64,000 bases of DNA from Dudresnaya verticillata (Eukaryota), in contig OZ374560.1 of assembly GCA_977862235.1 (NCBI GenBank), forward strand, positions 2,046,001 to 2,110,000, given 5' to 3'. A program made the translations under genes and the position numbers. The notes under the pieces are model-generated. The model had not been told where the DNA came from. It ran no database searches and saw only the letters and a list, made by a program, of their open reading frames with translations. Position 1 is the stretch's first letter. Every line of letters begins with the position of its first letter. Shown in pieces: positions 61,633-64,000 of the stretch.

Positions 61633-62283
61633 CTACAGAAGCTCAAAATCATCATGATTGTTAACAACAGCATATGCTTCAACAAAAGCCTTCAGCTGTA
61701 GGAAGATGACCCTGGATGACTTTTCGACCAAACCGATATTAAAGGACTCCTCGATGTGAGTCTGTACTTGAAATGGTAGCGGAATGCGCAACACAGAACG
61801 GACACAATCTGTACAAGAAGTTCGGAGCTTTTGTAGAGCGGACTCAAAGCCGCTGATTTGTGGACGATAGTACTGCATTCGGAGCGAAATGTTTCGAGCA
61901 CAAAGCCACTTCTTATGCAGAGTCGGGAGATCTACGAGCTCTTGTGGCCATGCGTATGAGCATTCAACAGTCTTTCCACCCTCCCCAACGCAAGCAGAAA
62001 ACTGTCCCTTTTCAATTCCACTGGGTAGTAAAATCGAAATTGAAATCCTCCGCGTCCTTGTCTCTGGTTCTCGCCAATCTGAAAGTAGATATGGATAGCG
62101 GTGCGAACTATCAAGTGAATTAACAGCTTCGTCCATTTCATCTTCAGTTGCATTTCCACTAGACTCCTCAGCTTCTTCCTCGATTAGCCTTGATCTCTTC
62201 ACAATGTTTCCCAAATGCCCTCGTTCCGTGCAACGTGCGTTTAAATCATCTGAAAATGTCCCTATGTCGAACCGTAACAGCAA
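61633..62283 (-). CDS. hypothetical protein, possibly HSP20/alpha-crystallin-like
   Basis: 216-aa ORF; DWRE..ISILLPSGIEKGQFSACVGEGGKTVECS and RIPLPFQV resemble alpha-crystallin-domain strands. Confidence 0.45.
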   Translation of the reverse strand: MLLRFDIGTFSDDLNARCTERGHLGNIVKRSRLIEEEAEESSGNATEDEMDEAVNSLDSSHRYPYLLSDWREPETRTRRISISILLPSGIEKGQFSACVGEGGKTVECSYAWPQELVDLPTLHKKWLCARNISLRMQYYRPQISGFESALQKLRTSCTDCVRSVLRIPLPFQVQTHIEESFNIGLVEKSSRVIFLQLKAFVEAYAVVNNHDDFELL

Positions 62284-62759
62284 AATGAAGACTGTCAGCG
62301 AAACGAAACATTACCGCAGTTGGCGTACGCTTTGCGCTGAAATGCATTACCTAAATGATGCAAATGGCAGGTCGATGGTATGGGAAACGTAACCAGAATA
62401 CAGTGTCTCGCGAGGTTCTGTTCCCGAGGGGAGCGGGGTACCGAGACGAAGCTTTAACCTTGTTGCACAGAGTTCAAGAGGGGAGCAAGCGCCTGAAACG
62501 AATTAGGAAATTGCAGCAAAAGGTCGAGGTTAGTTGACAGTATCAGGAGAACGCAGTTGAAGACTAGTACGAACAGTTAACCGGAGAAAAGATGAGCACA
62601 GAAGTTCGAGGCAAGTTGCCTTATATCATGTCCAGGCATCTGAACGGAACTAATTCGCCCATGCTGAGCTATCGAGTAGACTAAGGCTTCTGCGCAGCAA
62701 AACAAAAGTTGCCACATGTCTTGTCCTGGTGAGGCGAAGAAAAAAGAGAGTAACGGACC

Positions 62760-62832
62760 CACCTCCCGCGGGGCTCGAACCCGCGACCAACAGATTAAGA
62801 GTCTGTCGCTCTACCGACTGAGCTAGGGAGGC
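62760..62832 (-). tRNA. tRNA-Lys(CTT)
   Basis: GCCTCCCTAGCTCAGTCGGTAGAGCGACAGACTCTTAATCTGTTGGTCGCGGGTTCGAGCCCCGCGGGAGGTG folds as a cloverleaf; no encoded CCA. Confidence 0.97.
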
Positions 62833-63049
62833 TTCACACCATAACACAGGTGACAATGTGACGTGTATACACAGTTAATATCCATTCCGTGAGCTACGTG
62901 CGTCAATCTTTTCCTTCGGCGCAATAGCTAATCTCTTAACGTTTTCGTGTCAGCATCGGAACCCCTTCCTGATAGAAAATAAAAGATGCCCCGTTATGTG
63001 CAAGCCATCCTGTCCCGAATGCCGCCGAACGATATTTGCCCCACGGTGC

Positions 63050-64000
63050 AAACTAGAACATAAGCCTATGTCTTCGTACAGAAGCAGCGGAACCCCTTTC
63101 TGCTAGCAAATAAAGCGAACTCCTGAACGCGCCAACCACCAACAACTTCAGTACTGGAGTCGTCGAGTGCACAGTTTTTCACGAAGCCCATGATTGTTGA
63201 CCCCCGGCACCATTCCAAAATCGACCGCATGTACTCCAAAACCTTCCCGGCGTACATTAAGCAGCTCCGGTGTTCGAAAGATGCTCGAAATATTACTGGG
63301 CGGGCTTCCAGAGCTCCTGCTCCAGCCTTGGAGAGCTCGGCCCCGTCCGGAGAGACTTCGCGAACCGCATTGGTACCCCATCCTGGACCCCATGCGACGA
63401 GAAAGGAGCCCGGTCGTATCAACAACGGAAGGCAAGCTGGAGATGAGTATCGCAACCTTCAACGCGCCATAAGCCATACACGCGCCATGAAGAAACAGCA
63501 AGAGCAAGAGGCAGCCCAGGAACTTCGCAACCACCCCTACTCCAATATGGCAAAAGCTATTCGGGCCCATAATCCGAAACGAGCTCATCGCATGAGTGTG
63601 AACCTACTAGTGGGTTCCCAGGATCCAGCCTTCAGCATTCACAAGACGTATTGATTCCCTACCCGACTCACCCACTGCTGCCGAGCGCCGTATCTTGAAC
63701 CCCTATCACTCTCTCAAGCGTAGGATCAGTCGAGCCCTCAAAACAATTCCTCGCGGGAAAGCCACAAGCAACGAATACATACATCTGGAGATGTTAAAAC
63801 TCTGCCCAGATATCTCGACTGGCCAACTGTTCGCGATCGGGAAATGTTGCGGTGATTTCGCAGTACTCCCCGGCGCATGGTTGGAAGGGAACCTCGTCCC
63901 CGCCCGCAACCAGGACTACCATCTGACCCAGAGAACTACCGTCCAATATGCATTCTCTCGCATGCCCGCAAAGTTATACCGCGAGACCTCGCGTACGAAG
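63050..64000 (+). pseudogene. non-LTR retrotransposon ORF2 fragment running into the RT domain, truncated by the window edge
   Basis: KTIPRGKATSNEYIHLEMLK and DPENYRPICILSHARKVI near 63740-63980. Confidence 0.75.

Overview
Eukaryotic, transposon-dominated window. The intronless genes and TE families suggest a florideophyte red alga, but this is inference only. From left to right: the 3' part of a decayed Ty1/copia element (1-~4935); a 7.4-kb element with ~365-bp TIRs starting CACG (5959-13373) that contains a decayed DDE_Tnp_4 (PIF/Harbinger-like) transposase; an old gypsy integrase split by nested insertions (a solo LTR with ACCCA TSD, a truncated LTR, and a ~13-kb KDZ/Kyakuja-Dileera-Zisupton DNA transposon with ~420-bp TIRs at 16999-44967). 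The KDZ element carries three accessory genes of unknown function and is itself interrupted by a chromodomain gypsy element (26486-41367, AATTT TSD) with a 767-aa antisense ORF and a templated 2.36-kb duplication inside its 3' LTR. The right end is host-like: three F-box/LRR-like paralogs, an RNase II/RNB gene, tRNA-Lys(CTT) and LINE fragments. The most striking signal is that two unrelated transposons each carry their own dispersed palindrome: GACA-N4-TGTC (18 independent exact copies found by eye in the KDZ element) and CGCC-N3-GGCG (43 exact copies found by eye in the gypsy element). Both occur in coding and non-coding DNA. Together with the orphan accessory ORFs this resembles the VANDAL/VANC sequence-specific anti-silencing system of Arabidopsis; that function is a hypothesis. 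All counts and identities are manual and need computational confirmation.
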